Assembly (NCBI RefSeq): GCF_037042905.1
Contig: NC_087245.1
Coordinates: forward strand, 8,496,001-8,560,000
Origin: Lytechinus pictus
Lineage: Eukaryota
Direction of reading: 5' to 3'
Length of the DNA: 64,000 nucleotides
The notes below the pieces were generated by a model. The model was not told the origin of the DNA. It was given only the letters and a program-made list of their open reading frames with translations, and did no database searches. Shown here piece after piece: positions 11,615 to 23,196 of this stretch. Numbering within the stretch: position 1 is the first letter of the stretch; each line of letters starts with the position of its first letter. The translations under genes and the position numbers were made by a program.

Positions 11615-11686
11615 GTCTCTGTGGTCTAGTGGTTAAGGCACCGGCGTTCAAAGCTGGGGGCCCGGGTTCGATTCCCGGCAGAGACA
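11615..11686 (+). tRNA. 72-nt tRNA-like gene, anticodon UCA, second tandem copy
   Basis: Identical to 11196-11267, 419 bp downstream; followed by T6. Confidence 0.75.
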
Positions 11687-11781
11687 TTTTTTCGGCATCA
11701 CCAATTTTTCCAAAGGGTAGATAGCTCTGGGGAACTTTGATTTAAGCTACGCCTACCTTTGTTCTCTTCATCCATTTCTTT

Positions 11782-11836
<55 letters not shown>

Positions 11837-11989
11837 AGAACCTATGGACAAAACTAAAAAAGTGTAAAGGAAACCAAGGATTGTGACTCAATAAAAATTG
11901 TATGCCATCTGCCAAGAGGAGTGGTAAAAAATCACAGGGGAGGTCTGCAAGAAGCTAGTATCCAGTATCAAGTATATATATATATATGT

Positions 11990-12088
11990 GTGTGTAAAGT
12001 TATACATGTACAACAGCATTGGCAACTCATTTTATTTAAATATTGTAAAGAAATGGATGAAGAGAATGTTCTCTTCATCCATTTCTTT

Positions 12089-12095
<7 letters not shown>
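11990..12095. repeat. Inverted remnant of the tRNA(UCA) element's terminal region between (TA)n tracts
   Basis: Reverse-complement segment TGTGTAAAG...GATGAAGAGAA joined to forward TTCTCTTCATCCATTTCTTTACAATA. Confidence 0.75.
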
Positions 12096-12137
<42 letters not shown>

Positions 12138-12199
12138 ATATATATATATAGGGGACCCCCACCCCCGTCCCCTACTGTGCCCGTTTCCTATACACCTAC

Positions 12200-12387
12200 C
12201 TGAAAAGTTCACCATCCCTGTCGATAAAATAATGACCTTTGACATGGTCTCGTTTGGCCTCAATTCGGCCACTAAACATCCCTCCCAGCATCGAATCTGT
12301 AAATGATGTCAATGTTAACACGGTGGTCGTGTACTCCACCCCTCCAACGCTGAGTGTAACGTAGTCTCCGGGTTCGAAATTAGTCAT
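12200..12387 (-). CDS. KCTD-family BTB/POZ protein (KCTD6/11/21-like architecture, ~254 aa), coding exon 1
   Basis: MTNFEPGDYVTLSVGGVEYTTT...SMLGGMFSG...YFIDRDGELFR, a typical KCTD BTB N-terminal half; donor AG|gtag at 12200/12199. Confidence 0.9.
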
Positions 12388-14854
12388 TTCTCCAGGTTCA
12401 TAAATGCATGTAGACCTATACTTTAACCTGATCGCTTTAGTTTAAAGCCCGGCCCGGGCTGAAAAGGCGCTCTATATTATGTTTATTACAAGGTTTTTTG
12501 TTTCTCAATGCGCTGATCAGGAAAAATTCCATCACCATGTGAATAGTACACCTATATCCTACCACGAGGTGTATATAAATATAATCAAGGATAGACTTTG
12601 GACCCAACATGTAGTACTAAACGCTTCAAACCCCATTATATCGAGAGTATAGGCGTCCCGGGTATATAGGCGTATATAGTTTTCAAATAACGTGCATCTT
12701 TCGTTTTTGTAGTTCGTTCATTATTAGTTTCGGTCAGCGGCGTAACTACGGGGGGGGGGGGGGCATTGGGGGGCACGTCCCCCCCCCCCCTCCCCATCGG
12801 CTGGCAAAAAACGGAGAAAATTGAGAAAAATAGGGAGAAAGGAAGATATAAAGCGTAGTGGGAAAGAAGAAATCGCTGTGCATTATAATGTTATATTATT
12901 ATGTTATGTTATATTACATAAGAAATATTTCTTTCATAACTTTATGAAAATAATTTGCTCAGAACCTATGTGTTCATCATTTCTGGTGCTCGCATTGTCT
13001 GTTTAACGAGATCCGGTTGTACTAAAACATCCTGTTTTCAAGTCAATATACACCAAATATATTTCCTCGCACTTCGAGTTATATACTATATGCCTCTTTT
13101 TCATGACTACTTAAAGTGATTGTCCCATTTTAAGGTCTGCATTTCCTGTCCGTGCTTACTCTCGAATTAGTGGGTTGGTGAGATATGTCTGCTCTTCATG
13201 AATTCCTAAAATCAGGCCTTATATTACAAGTTCACCCCAACAAAAAGTTGATTTGAATAAAACGAGAAAAATCCAACAAGCATAATATTAATACATAAAG
13301 CTATGTATACTCTGTAAATATTATATTCGACAGTTAAAACTGTCTGTATCGCCATTTTATTTAGAAAATATGGGTGGAATCAGAAGGCTTGAGACAAATT
13401 TGTAACCATTATAAAGGTAATGAAGTCATTTTGATAACAAAACATAGGCCTATGTGTTTTCGAGGATTTCCTTTCTATATATATCGAAAGGTATGTTCAG
13501 ATTAAAACATATTGCAGAAAAGGATATAGTGAATTGCAGATGCACATTTCAAAAGCAAAGGTCTCAATTTATGGAATATTATACAGATAAAACATCTATT
13601 TGAAAAAATTCCACCCGTTTGGAAAAGGCAAATGCATTTCAAAGAATAAAATAAAAGGGAAATAGATGTGGAAGAAATGTTTTTCATTGTTTCGGACAAA
13701 ATGTTCCATGTAAGTGAACTCGTCTCAAAAAGATTATATAGAACTATTCTCAATTCCAAGTCACGCCTATAGTTAACAATAAGTCACGCCTGTAGTTAAC
13801 TGGTTAAAAATTTTGTTTAGTTTTTCTGTTAGAGATATTGAAAACATTTTTCTGAGGCCAAGAAAATGTACTTCGAATAGTAAGCTGAGGGAATTTCAAT
13901 TCAAATTGTTACACGGGATTATTTACATGAATCGGGATTTATTTCGTTTTGGCATGGTTTTCACGGATCTATACTAATTTTGTAAAAAAAAAGAGAAACA
14001 TACCGTCACTTATTTTACGATTGTGTACATAGTCGTGGAGGGCATGTAATGACGCTCTTAACTTACCCTGTTTTAAGGAACTGGACAGGAAAGGAATACT
14101 TTTGGTTCACCTTTGGGTGATATAGGGAAGACGTATTTATTAAATCACGTAATTCTGTTTGTTAAATATATATTCATTTCAATCCCAAAGAAAAATATAC
14201 CTCCTTATATAGTCAAGAAGTCCAAGAAGTCAAATAAATTTTAGTAAGAAATCAAATTGAGGAAAAAATGATAGCACTGGATCTTTACATCTCAAAAAGT
14301 AGGAAGATTTTGATTCCGAATGAAGGGCAGATTTTTTAAATTTCTTTTCTCTTCTTCTCTCTCCCCTCCATAAGTTGTATATGCTTAGGGAAGAGGGGAA
14401 TATAGGTTTCTGTTGTGTCATTTGTTTTTTGCAGATTCTATATTTTTTTCCTTCTTCTTCTGCAAGTTCCTTATGCACTTTGCGGGGGCTTGCCTGGGTC
14501 ATGAGGCCGGTATATAGGGAGGGGGGCGTACTGATGGGGTCGGGGAATGGGGAGGGCGGGGCGGGATGGGAGGGGACCTGGGCCCGTATTCCATAAACGA
14601 GATAATAAGCATGATTAAGTCAACAATCTAAGCATTTTGTCTTAATTATTTTCTGTCTACGACAAATTTCTTAGCCAAAACGCGTATTCCATATAGAATC
14701 GGCTAAGAATTTTGTTTTAGAATTTGGCTAAGAGTTTTTGCGCGACTAAGACAGATATAGGATGAATGGCTAAGCAACGTACTTTTCTTAAAACTGCATA
14801 GTCTGTATTCCATATGTATCTCGTATCTTACTAAAACTTGGCAATTCGATCATT

Positions 14855-15490
14855 TTGGCGACCCCGGTCGAACATGAATTTGGCGCCCCGGGTCGAATAT
14901 AAAGTTGGTGCCCAAATCGAACATCAACCCCCCCCCCCCGGTCGAACATCAATTCGGCTCCCCTATAGGTCGAACATCAAAACATCAATTCGGCGCCCCC
15001 TGGCCTAACATCGATTCGGCGCCTTCTAAGTTGAACATCAATTCGGCGCCCCTATGTCGAACATTCTATTCGGCGCCCCCTTGGTCGAACATCAATTCGG
15101 CGCCCCCCTCCTATATGTCAATATTTTCAGCCGCATTTAATTATTTTGGACAGGACATGTATTTCACTATAACCAGGCAATTCGAGCATTCTGGCGCCTC
15201 CGATCGAACATGAATTTGGCGTCCCGGTCGCTAACTTGAAATTGGCGCCCCAAAGATCGAACATCAATTCGGCGCCCCCGATGTTGAACATCAATCGATT
15301 CGGCGCCCCCTAGTTCGATCATCAATTCGGTGCCCCCTATTTTGAACATCAGTTCGGCGCCCCTAGGTCGAACATAAATTCGGAGCCCCTAGGTCGAACA
15401 TCAATTCGGAGCCCCAGAGTTCGAACACTAATTCGGAGCCCCTATAGGTCGAACATCAATTCGGCGCCTCCCGAGGTTGAACATCAAATT
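14855..15490. repeat. ~28-32-bp minisatellite (GTCGAACATCAATTCGGCGCCCCC)n; further copies at ~17830-17960
   Basis: About 20 degenerate tandem units visible. Confidence 0.9.
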
Positions 15491-15964
15491 CGCCAGGATT
15501 TTATTTTGGAGGGGGCGGTCAATTCACGCGAAGTGCGCTCCCTTGGGGGTGGGTGCAGGGAGAGGGAGTTCCCCCCCCCCGCGCGAAGCGCGAAGCATTC
15601 GTTGTTTCATGAATTAAAATGAAAAGGAGCTGTCTTTCTCTAGTACCTATATCAGCTCCAATTCACTTGAATTTATTGTGATTTTGAACCTTGTTTCCGA
15701 AAGTGATCGTGAACGCACAAAAAAGGACAAAATGGAGGAAATCAAAATAATAATTACCCCGCGCGAAGCGTGGAACCTAAAGTGCCTTATCATTTTTTTT
15801 AAATAAAAGGGCCCGGGGAAAAGGGTATTCTATAAGTAATATTAAATGCTTTCCATATAAAGATCAGATTTGATTACAAACAATTTAGCGACAGTGCATA
15901 CTGATATTTAACTCGCAAAACAGAGGAGAAGAATAATATATATATATATATATTTATATATATT

Positions 15965-16019
<55 letters not shown>

Positions 16020-16608
16020 GGGAGGAAGATATTCCTCCCAGCGTAGAGCAATTAAACTCTGAAATTTCAAAGGGCGGACGTTTCATCAAAATAATACAGA
16101 TATCTCTAATACTCCAATCGGCTCTAATTCAATTGATTTTCTAAGATTGCTGAACCTCATCACAAGGAAATTAGAGCGCAAAATGTTGAAACTTCTGTGC
16201 TAGCTTTATTGAAATTACATATAAAAAAGGATCGTGTATACCGGTAATTTCTTTGACTCATCCTGAAGCGTCATTCAAAATTTCAAACTGAGGGCGCAAA
16301 ACAAGACAGGAGACTAGTGCGCAGGGAAATGACAGTTTCAGAGAATCTGATAAAAAAATATTTTTTTTTTAATACGTCACGAATTTTACACCTTCCTCAT
16401 TTTAATTGAGGAATCTGTTTGCCCCACCCCCCAAAAAAAAATTGGTTGTTCAGTAATAAATGAGCTGACATGCAAGAGGGAAAATTTGCCTATTTTGGGG
16501 TAACGGCGGAAATTGATATAAAGATTTTACCCGCCCGGGGCCGGCCCGACCAGAAGTGCGGAAATGTTGCGTGACATGATCAATTAAAAAAAAAGATAAC
16601 TTCATATA

Positions 16609-17068
16609 CCGTAAGGGCACTAGTATTCAACCCGTTTGGAGAGTTTCCTCAAATATATAGATATATAGAATTTACCTGAATTTCAGACCCGTCTTATTTC
16701 CAAGAGCAAATGCTGGTTATTTTTTTTCCGTTATTTTTTTCTTCAACCAGTTGACTGTGTGCGCGGGCGATCGAATTATACGGCGACGGATTTTGGTACT
16801 AGTATTCAACCCGTCGGCACTAGTATTCAACCTAGCGATGAAAGATGGCCCTATCTTTCAATCTGCCCGATTCAGTGCAAAAGGCCATCGCCGCATAATT
16901 CGATCCTCCGCGCATACAGTCGACAGATTGACAAAGAAAATATCGACAACAGATTACCCTGGAAAAAACAAAGGTGTGAAATTAAGATAAATTCCCTATT
17001 TCTAAATATTTTGGGGAATATGTCAAAATCTGTGAATTATGCCGGGTTGAATACTAGTACCCATACGG
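16609..17068. mobile_element. Tc1/mariner (pogo-like) MITE
   Basis: TA|CCGTAAGGGCACTAGTATTCAACCCG...CGGGTTGAATACTAGTACCCATACGG|TA; internal copies of ACTAGTATTCAACC. Confidence 0.75.
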
Positions 17069-18794
17069 TACTTCGGCCTAACCTTACTCTAATTCCATGT
17101 CCTAATGTATGCCTACATTTGAACTTTAACTGGCAAGAAACACACTAGTCCTATAGCCGAGGTGGAAAAACAAGGTTAGAATTCCATAGAGAAAGGGTGA
17201 GGGAAACAAAGGAGAACTGCAATATTGTCGTTTAACCGTAAAAGTAAAATCTATATAGGCGATAATAGGCCTATATAAATTTAGAGCGAGGGTGAAGTAG
17301 TTTTGTTTTTCGCTTTTCCTTTTCTCCTCTCCTTTTTTCCTTTCATGTCTTTTGGGGACGTCTCACTAAGATTGGAAGGCGTCATGATATCACCTGCTAC
17401 GTACTGCAATATCAAGGATGAGACTGTAACAGTACCCTCTATGCGGACGAAAGGAAAAGGTTCATCGCCAACCTTCCTCCCTATATATCTCCAACATGAT
17501 CTTGCCATAACTCCTGCGTCACAAGTCGCAGCAGCTATTACTAATGTTGTACTTCTTGGATTGGACACTCATGCAACTAGTATACATGTTGCTTCAACTC
17601 CCGGCCCAACTTCATTACTATTCTTTTCATTTCTTGCATGAGCTTCATGTCAAGTGTTCTTTGTTGGTAAACAACAACTAGCATGACTAGACAGTCTTGT
17701 GATATTCCACCCTCCTCCTGAGCCTTGCTCTTTTGTCTCTATACATTTTTATCAAATCGCTTTTTCTGCGTATCCACTGGATCCCGCAGTTCTCCAGGAC
17801 TGGAGGAAATCAACAGAAGAAGAAGATCAATTAATTCGGCGCCCCATGTTAATAAAACCCGTAATTCCGCGCCCCCATGCATGTCGAACATTAATTCGGC
17901 GCCCCTATGTCCGTCAATTTGGGCCCCCCTAGGTCGAACATCAATATTTCGGCGCCCCCCCCTTCCTCTTCTTTTTTCCTTCTCTCTTCCCCGTTTTTTC
18001 TCTTTTCCTCTGTAGTGACTTGACTATATCTTTTTATATATCTACATCTATATATTCTTTCCTTGTATATATTTTCATTTATATTTCAACATTCTGTATA
18101 TGTATATAAATTCTTTCTTTTATTTCCAATTTCATATATTCTCACTTGTTCACGCCATGTGTATGTACTACAATACTGTACATTCACAGAGCAAGCCAAC
18201 TCATTTTCTGTCCAAATCTACTTGGCAAACACATTCTTATATTGAGAAACAACCTTTCTTTTGTTCCTAGACTTGGAGCAAACATCCTTTCATTGTTCCT
18301 TGTTTATTGCAATGAACTTGCAGGTATACAACATCACTACAGAGATGCTTGCATGTTTGCTTTTCTCACAGTCTGCTTCTCTCCTCTTTGTTCTTCTCAA
18401 CTGTGTTTTGCCCCCTTTTTGGCGCTTATTTCTTTGTCTCATCTTTTCTGATGTTGGTAAAAACAACTTGTTTTCTCTACCACATCATCACTCTACTCTC
18501 TGCCTTCGTCCTGACCACTGGCATGCTGACCATCTCATCCAGCTGCTAGTGAGGATCGACTCAAATCTTGTGGAGGATCAATTTATACCTATTTCTCTAC
18601 ATTTTCCAATTCTTACTTCTTACCGTCACTTCCACTCCTTCAAAGCCTATATTCTCTGCATATTTAATGAGCTCATTACTTCGCGAGACATTTTGTGACA
18701 TCTGTCCCTTTATCTACTGTATTTGAAATTGTGAAGTGTATATATTTCTATTCACGGATTTGTGCAATTTACCTGAGATTCTGAGCGGCTGGAC

Positions 18795-20868
18795 CATGGG
18801 CGGAAATCCCAGGGGGGACAGGGGGGACGTGTCCCCCCTACTCAAAATAGTAGAGGGGACACAATATCAAATGTCCCCCCTACTATTTTAGGTCTTTTAT
18901 GATGGTAAGAAATACATCATTCTAAATCGAAATAAAACATGTATTTTGGGACGAGATGACCTTACTTTGGCGATGATAACCTTTAATTTTTATTTGCTTA
19001 TCAAATTTTCCCGCCCCAGTGTCCCCATAGGCAGATCCAGGGGGCCGAGGGGCCCGCCCCCCCCCCTCTTGGCGGAGCAAAAAAAAAGAAAAAAGGGAAC
19101 GAAAGAAGGAAAAAAGGAGGGAAAAGAGAGGAGAAAAAGAAAAGAAGGACAACGAGTGCATAAAATAAGATGAGGGGAAGACTTGGAAAAATAAAAAGAA
19201 TCTTTCGTGCCACTATACAAAATTGTTGCTCGCGCTTCGCGCTCGCATTGCCTGTTAGGTGATTTACATATGTTGTTCAATATGGAGTTCGAATATCAAG
19301 TTTGGAAGTCAATATACATAACATATTTCACCTTGGAAATCGAACTTTCAATATTTTCTGTAATTTACCAATTGGTTTTTAAAAAGTGCTCTGAATGTTA
19401 ACATTTGCTGCTTGCGCTGCGCGATCGCAAATTTTGATTTATCAGGTACCTATTATTTTCGTGTATTCCATAAAGTTTTCAAAATATCCCTTTTCAGGTC
19501 TGATTGTCAAGACGTATCAGCTAGCGCGCTGCACGCTCGCATTTTGATTGGCGAGTTATATAAATGTTTCAATATTGATTATACAACAAAGTATTTAAAA
19601 TCCCCTCTTCATGACAGTTTATCAAAAATTTTAGCTCGCGATTTGCGCTTGCATTAATGGTTAAAAATATATTAACTGATGCATCCTATTCATAATCACA
19701 AAAGTGAAATGTCCAGTTTTTATGCCATGATATCATCATATTTCGCGCCCTCATTAGGCATTAATAAATGTTATATTAATTGAATAATTATATTGTCCCT
19801 TTTGTTTCATCTCGCGCTTAGCAAGAGGAATAGAGAGATAGTCATCATTTTCATATGATGACACGTCGTAAGGATGTCCCGGTCCTCTGTCAAAACTCAA
19901 ATTAATAATAATATCAGCTCTTTTTTAAGTGTGATCCATATCCACCTTACAATTTTTCTACAAAGTGCTTAAAATATAAAGCTGAAATTGACTCTTTTTT
20001 TCAGATCGGAATATCAAAGTTTCATGATTTTCATGATTAAAGTTGTATTTAGAATGCCTAGATTCTAGGTCTAAATATGAAACACGCTCGCGCATGTTTA
20101 TTCAGATACTCAACTTGTTCTCTAATTCAAATCATTATCCAGTTTCAGATCACAATATCAAAAATTTTCTACTCGCGCTTTGTGCTCGCATTATTAATGT
20201 AGGAAGACCCCATATTACTCATCCTTTTGATGATTTACAAGACATGAACAGAGTGGCCCATTTTTAGGTCTAAATCTCGAATTTGTTTTCTGCTCGCGCT
20301 TCGCACTCTCATCAATCGTTAAATAATATAGCTATCCTGTTCACGATTACAAAAACTGATTAAAATTTTCCATTCTTTCTTTAGAAAGTTTAAAATTTCC
20401 ATTCTTTAGGTGAAAATGTCAAAAAGAAATCAGCTCGCGCTTCACGCTCGCATTATTTGATTGTTAAATGCTACTTTAACAGGTATCTTTTCCATCAGTT
20501 CATTTCTGATCGCGCTTTTTCGTCGTAGTAATTATTAGGTTGCATACACATCTTTTTTCAGGATAACAAACATTGCCCAGAATCAGTTCAAATTTTAGGA
20601 AAAATACATAAAATTTCCAAAAAGATTTGCTCGCGCTCCGTGCTCGCATCATATGAATAAGGATTATGATATTATATATTAATTTATTAGAATAAAGCTA
20701 AGAAGTGACTAATGAGGACTACCCCTTCAAAGAAACAAACAAAACCATCTTCGAGCTGCTGATCGGGGAAAATATGGCTGAAACAAATTTCCGCCCCCCC
20801 CCCCTATTGGCGAAGGCTGGATCCGCCCCTGTGTCCCCCCTACCTTTTGGGAGAGATTTCCGCCCCTG
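18795..20868. mobile_element. Non-autonomous hAT-type element containing a second related element (~19026-20831)
   Basis: TIRs CATGGGCGGAAAT...ATTTCCGCCCCTG with perfect 8-bp TSD GGCTGGAC; inner TIRs CATAGGCAGATCCAG...CTGGATCCGCCCCTG; GCTCGCGCTTCGCGCTCGC repeats. Confidence 0.8.
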
Positions 20869-21542
20869 GGCTGGACCACATTCTATCCTCTGGAGAGCAA
20901 GAATTAAGGTAGGATCTAACTTTTATATAAATATTAGGAGATTGTATAGCCAATTTCCTAAACCTCCTTTAATTTTTTCTCCCTTTCCTTTTCCTCTCAT
21001 GCATTCCTTTAATTCCCTTTTGGCGCCCCCTTTTCGCCTACCCGGGGGGCCCGCGGGCCCCGCCCCCTGGATCCGCCTATGCATATGATGACAACATGTG
21101 CTTGGCAGCCCAAGGGGTAGGGTCATATCCCCTACCCCCCCCCCCCCCCCATGTTGCCGTGTACGTTGCAATTAAGGAAATTTTTATTTTAGACTTGACT
21201 CGACTTGATGAAAATTTACAAGTAATTATAGATCAATTTTACTTAAACAAATAACTTAATACGTGGTGTGGTGCAAGAAGCAGACCGAATATGAACTGCA
21301 AATTTGCAATTAAATGACCTTCAATTAATGTTGGGACCTATAGAATATTGACTAGCTGAGATTGAGAACATTTAATTTTCAATAAGTTTTTTTTTAAAGA
21401 CTAGTTTCACATGTGAACCACGTGGCACGATATTTTGAGTGTCAGTGATGAAATTGCGCAATCGTTTTGATTAATCGTGAAATTATAGCTGAATCGGAAT
21501 ATTTTAACATCATTTTGTAGGATCTCATCGCGTCACCTCATC

Positions 21543-21618
21543 ATGTCACTTGGCACAATTGGATTCATCGGAGCAGGGAAAATAGCCCAAACAATTACAA
21601 AAGGGCTTTTAGCTGCAA
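21543..21618 (+). CDS. PYCR3: Pyrroline-5-carboxylate reductase (PYCR3-like), exon 1
   Basis: MSLGTIGFIGAGKIAQTITKGLLAA Rossmann GxG motif; donor A|gtacgt, phase 1. The six joined exons give 828 nt (275 aa + stop). Paralog assignment is tentative. Confidence 0.88.
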
Positions 21619-22171
21619 GTACGTATAATAAAATCTCGAAAATTGTTACTTATTCATTGTTAATGTTTGCACTGGCCACTGTCCTGGCACTGCTGCCGCG
21701 GCCGCGCCGGCGGTACGCGGGTAACCCAGGCCAGAGAGCTCCGGCCCGCGAAGCGGGTCGGACCCAGCCCCAGGAATCGTCCGTGTATTACTATTAAATA
21801 TTTAATACTAATAGGCAGAGGGTACTCTCCAAAATGGGGTAGAATGGGGTCACAATAGCACCCCAAATAAAAGGGGGAAAAATAAATTATGCACTTACCT
21901 CGATTATAATATGGATGAAGGTCTATCGTGAAACAGAATCCAGACATCACATTCACATTGACATTGTCATTGACAATGACATGTCATTGTCATTGATTTG
22001 AGGCACAAATTGGGGAGCGTTTCATCAAGATTTTTGTCCGACAAGTTGTCAGATCTGACATCTTTTGTTGATTTTGATTGGCTGTGAGGCATGGTAACTG
22101 TCGGATAAACAGGATAAAACGTCCGACAAGTCCTTTCAGTTTCATGAAACGCTCCCCCAGTCTGACTTCTG

Positions 22172-23196
22172 GGGCCCGTTTCTCAACACATGGACAAGTT
22201 AGTCATATCTTTATCCACCAACCACGGAGTTAGTTCCAATCTTACTAAACCTGTTTCTCGAAAGGCTTCCTAACTAGAATACCTTGATATCGATACTATC
22301 GGTAAAAAGAGCAGACGAGACGTAGCCTTAGTCACAAAATAGCACAATTTTCAAAAAGAAAAATTATGACAAAATTGCAAATATTATGATGAATTGGGAA
22401 ATAAATCTTTTCAAAATAATAACACAGGTGAATTATGCATCATACATACTTAGACTATAAAGACTGGAGCATTCAATTGCAGAGAAAATTTAATTATGAA
22501 TAATTCATTTCATGACTAAAAAATCACTTGTGGACGTTGAGATGTGTACCCCCGGGATATCCAATTTTAATAGTTTACGAAAGTAAACCATAACGGTTTT
22601 CTTTGTAAAATGATGATAATTATACGGTCTTCCACGATTCCAAACATGAAAATATAGTTTAACAATGAAAAAAAAAAAATCTTTGACACCGAAATATACG
22701 ATTTGACAAATTCTATGCATGAATTAGAGATGGAATTTATCCGAATGTTAATAGGGGTCTGGAAACAACAAATACGAGCCCAGTTATGGATGGCCTGACC
22801 TGGTAGAATCTTTATATCGATTAAATCATTTTACTATTTCAAACTGAATGGTTTTGTGGCGTTTTACCGACAGTTTTTATAGTTTCTTTGTATTATGATT
22901 ATTGAATGCATTATCCACTTGTTTTGTGATGTAATTTCAACCTCTTTAATTGATTACGTAAGATTATGATTTTCAAATTTCGAGGCATTTTTGCATGTCA
23001 TAGTCTACCCACGTGATGCCACTACGTCATTGAGAAAGAAGTTATGACAGGTTCGGAGGTGTCATAAATATTAAGTGAGGTTGTACCCGATCTTGGTAAA
23101 GAGGGCTTCGTGAAACGGTTAGCGGACAAGTAGCTAGCTCACTATCTCCGATTTAGTCAAGAATTTAGACTTATGACGGTGTTGAGAAACGGGCCC
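22172..23196. mobile_element. PIF/Harbinger-type MITE
   Basis: TIRs GGGCCCGTTTCTCAACAC...GTGTTGAGAAACGGGCCC, 3-bp TSD CTG; a smaller related MITE lies at ~22012-22158. Confidence 0.7.

Larger units (their letters stand above)
10852..11831 (+). mobile_element. Tandem (~2.2 x ~419 bp) tRNA(UCA)-containing retroposed insertion with (TA)n tail
   Basis: Flanked by 13-bp duplication TATTGAGAACCTA (10839-10851, 11832-11844) of the Tc1 host; ends ...TTCTTTACAATA(TA)n. Confidence 0.85.
8343..11970 (+). mobile_element. Tc1-family IR/DR transposon (Sleeping Beauty-like), decayed; right end not seen
   Basis: TA|CAGTTGGGGCCAGAAGTTTACATACAC left end with inner DR AAAGTTTACATACA at ~8551; transposase remnants continue to ~11970. 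Confidence 0.9.
8908..11970 (+). pseudogene. Tc1-type DDE transposase pseudogene
   Basis: Start ATG appears mutated to AAG (8908); GKSKQYTEDLRQRVVDLHKSGSSL paired-like domain, GRxR, WSDETK, QHDNDPK, WPSQSPDLNPIENLW, CQEEW; several frameshifts, an internal triplication and an insertion. Confidence 0.9.

Noticed and set aside
14855..15490. CRISPR-like array
   Set aside because: Units are directly adjacent and degenerate, with no unique spacers; no cas genes; eukaryotic intron-containing context.
17281..18698. Several 95-145-aa ORFs
   Set aside because: No recognisable motifs or consistent splice structure; could be decayed repeat sequence.
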